From NCBI GenBank assembly GCA_965243135.1, contig OZ251539.1, positions 2,240,001 to 2,304,000 of the forward strand: 64,000 nt of DNA, read 5' to 3'. The stretch comes from Alphaproteobacteria bacterium (GTDB taxonomy: Bacteria > Pseudomonadota > Alphaproteobacteria > MPNO01 > UBA830). This document shows positions 62,661-64,000 of this stretch, in pieces; the first letter of the stretch is position 1, and every line of letters starts with the position of its first letter. The notes below the pieces were generated by a model that did no database searches, was not told the DNA's origin, and saw only the letters and a program-made list of their open reading frames with translations. Made by a program: the position numbers and the translations under genes.

Positions 62661-63230
62661 ACGATCTCCCTTGGCGAACCGAAGTAACTGCGAATAGAAT
62701 TGACTTGTCAGGAAACAGCGACTGTATCTTGGTGATGACCGTCGGAACCGGGGATCTGGCGGCTAGAAGAAGCTTTCTTTGCGTCCCTGCGGAACTCAAT
62801 CGCAACCACGCTCGAACTCAGATGAGCCTGCTGCCGTCGCAGGCGACCGAGGCTTCCGTGGAGATTCTACGGAGCGGAGAACGTAACGCTGCTGTCCGAT
62901 CGATCCCCGAAGGTAACGAAAACGACGAGGACCGCGTTTACGCTCACCTTGACTCGGTCCTCGCCGAAGCGCCGCGGGAAACCCCTTCAGAGAGCGTCGC
63001 AATGGATTTCACGCACGGCGACAAGGCCATGAGCGTCGGATTGGTTCTGGCTGACGCGAGAACGCCGCAGTTGCGCTGCGTCGCGGGGCGACGCGACGAC
63101 CGCAAGATCGTCATGGCGGTTTGGAAGAGGCCAGAGGAGTTCGGACAACCGTCGGCGCCTGTCATCGACGGCTCGACATGGCGCGTGCATTGTGGACGTC
63201 TCGTGGCCGCGGACGCGGAGCGCCCGGCTG
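62657..63230 (+). pseudogene. Degenerate CARF-domain gene (TIGR02710-like)
   Basis: LVMTVGTG...LLPSQ...ENDED...MDFTHGDKAMS.GLVLA...LR.V.G. The CARF signature DxTxGxKxMS is present. The frame shifts near 63120. Confidence 0.6.
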
Positions 63231-63729
63231 GCCGAACTGCGACAAGGCGGGCGCAACCGCCCCTGTCCCCGAACGGAAAGCGCCGCTTGAGTCATCGCTA
63301 GCGCGAGGATGCGCATGCGCCAAGCCTGCCGCATGTCAAGGCCGTTCGCTCAGACAAGGTTGTTCCACTGTGGTCCCGTTTCTGGAAACCTCGAGCCGGA
63401 TGGCACGGCGAAGCCGACCGTGCCCAAAAAAATTGAGCCTCCTGCACTATGCTTTACGCTCCCGTATAATCTCCGACCCGTCGGAGAGGAGGGGGATGGC
63501 GATGAACGATGGACCGCAGTTTTCCGGAAAGACAGTGGCGGAGATCGTGGGAACTGCCTTTCCGCGCGCGAAGTCAACGGCTTTCCGATCGATTGACCGG
63601 ATTTCGCCGCGAACCGTGCGTAAGAACGAAGCTGCTTCTCGAACCTATGCCGTGAACGCCGCGGCAACCCGCGTCGCGATTGCCGCAACCATCGAAGAAT
63701 CGACGGGAACCAGCCAGCGATGATTTCAC

Positions 63730-64000
63730 ATGTCCTACTTGCGTAAGAGACTTTTGCATCTCATTCCGGTATTCTTTCTGGTAACGTTTGCCAGCTTCAT
63801 GCTCGTCAACTTTCTGCCGGGCGATGTCGTCGATACCATCCTGGCTGACGACGATGCTGCCAATGATCCCGAACTGCGTCGTCAGATAGAGCTCGATCTG
63901 GGTCTCGATAAACCGCTTATCGTTCGCTACGCGTTGTGGTTGGGCGATCTGCTTCAAGGCGACTTGGGGCGATCCTACATTACCGGCAAGAAAATTAGCG
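63730..64000 (+). CDS. ABC transporter permease (OppB/DppB-like), truncated by the window end
   Basis: MSYLRKRLLHLIPVFFLVTFASFML...LPGD...LGLDKPL..RY..WL..LLQGDLGRS. Confidence 0.9.
   Translation, partial: MSYLRKRLLHLIPVFFLVTFASFMLVNFLPGDVVDTILADDDAANDPELRRQIELDLGLDKPLIVRYALWLGDLLQGDLGRSYITGKKIS

Overview
GC-rich bacterial DNA, probably alphaproteobacterial (inference from gene content only). Bases 1-35.4 kb form an accessory defence/mobilome island. It holds a STAND/NACHT-type NTPase with a C-terminal nuclease, a TPR protein, an N6-adenine methyltransferase plus PD-(D/E)xK nuclease pair, and a DUF499-small ORF-PtuA/PtuB-like operon. It also holds a decayed conjugative-element module (toprim/zincin/LPD3-like polyvalent gene and a mob-like gene) broken by nested IS elements whose ends and target duplications can be read exactly. 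The most striking pattern is that three unrelated transposase families (IS4/Tn5-type, ISAs1, IS66) each carry a DUF4338/DruA-like module, and a fourth relic lies at 58 kb. Bases 35.7-64 kb are mostly metabolic and transport genes: two Mo-hydroxylase large subunits, DHDPS-like, oxaloacetate decarboxylase-like, OYE, MFS, UbiD and Opp genes, plus tRNA-Thr. Interspersed are a HigB/HigA-glycosylase-like fusion, a Schlafen/AlbA_2 protein, an MNT-HEPN pair with a CARF relic, a 59-bp IS66 mini-element and a triplicated 72-bp AT-rich motif. All calls come from reading motifs by eye; no database searches were run.
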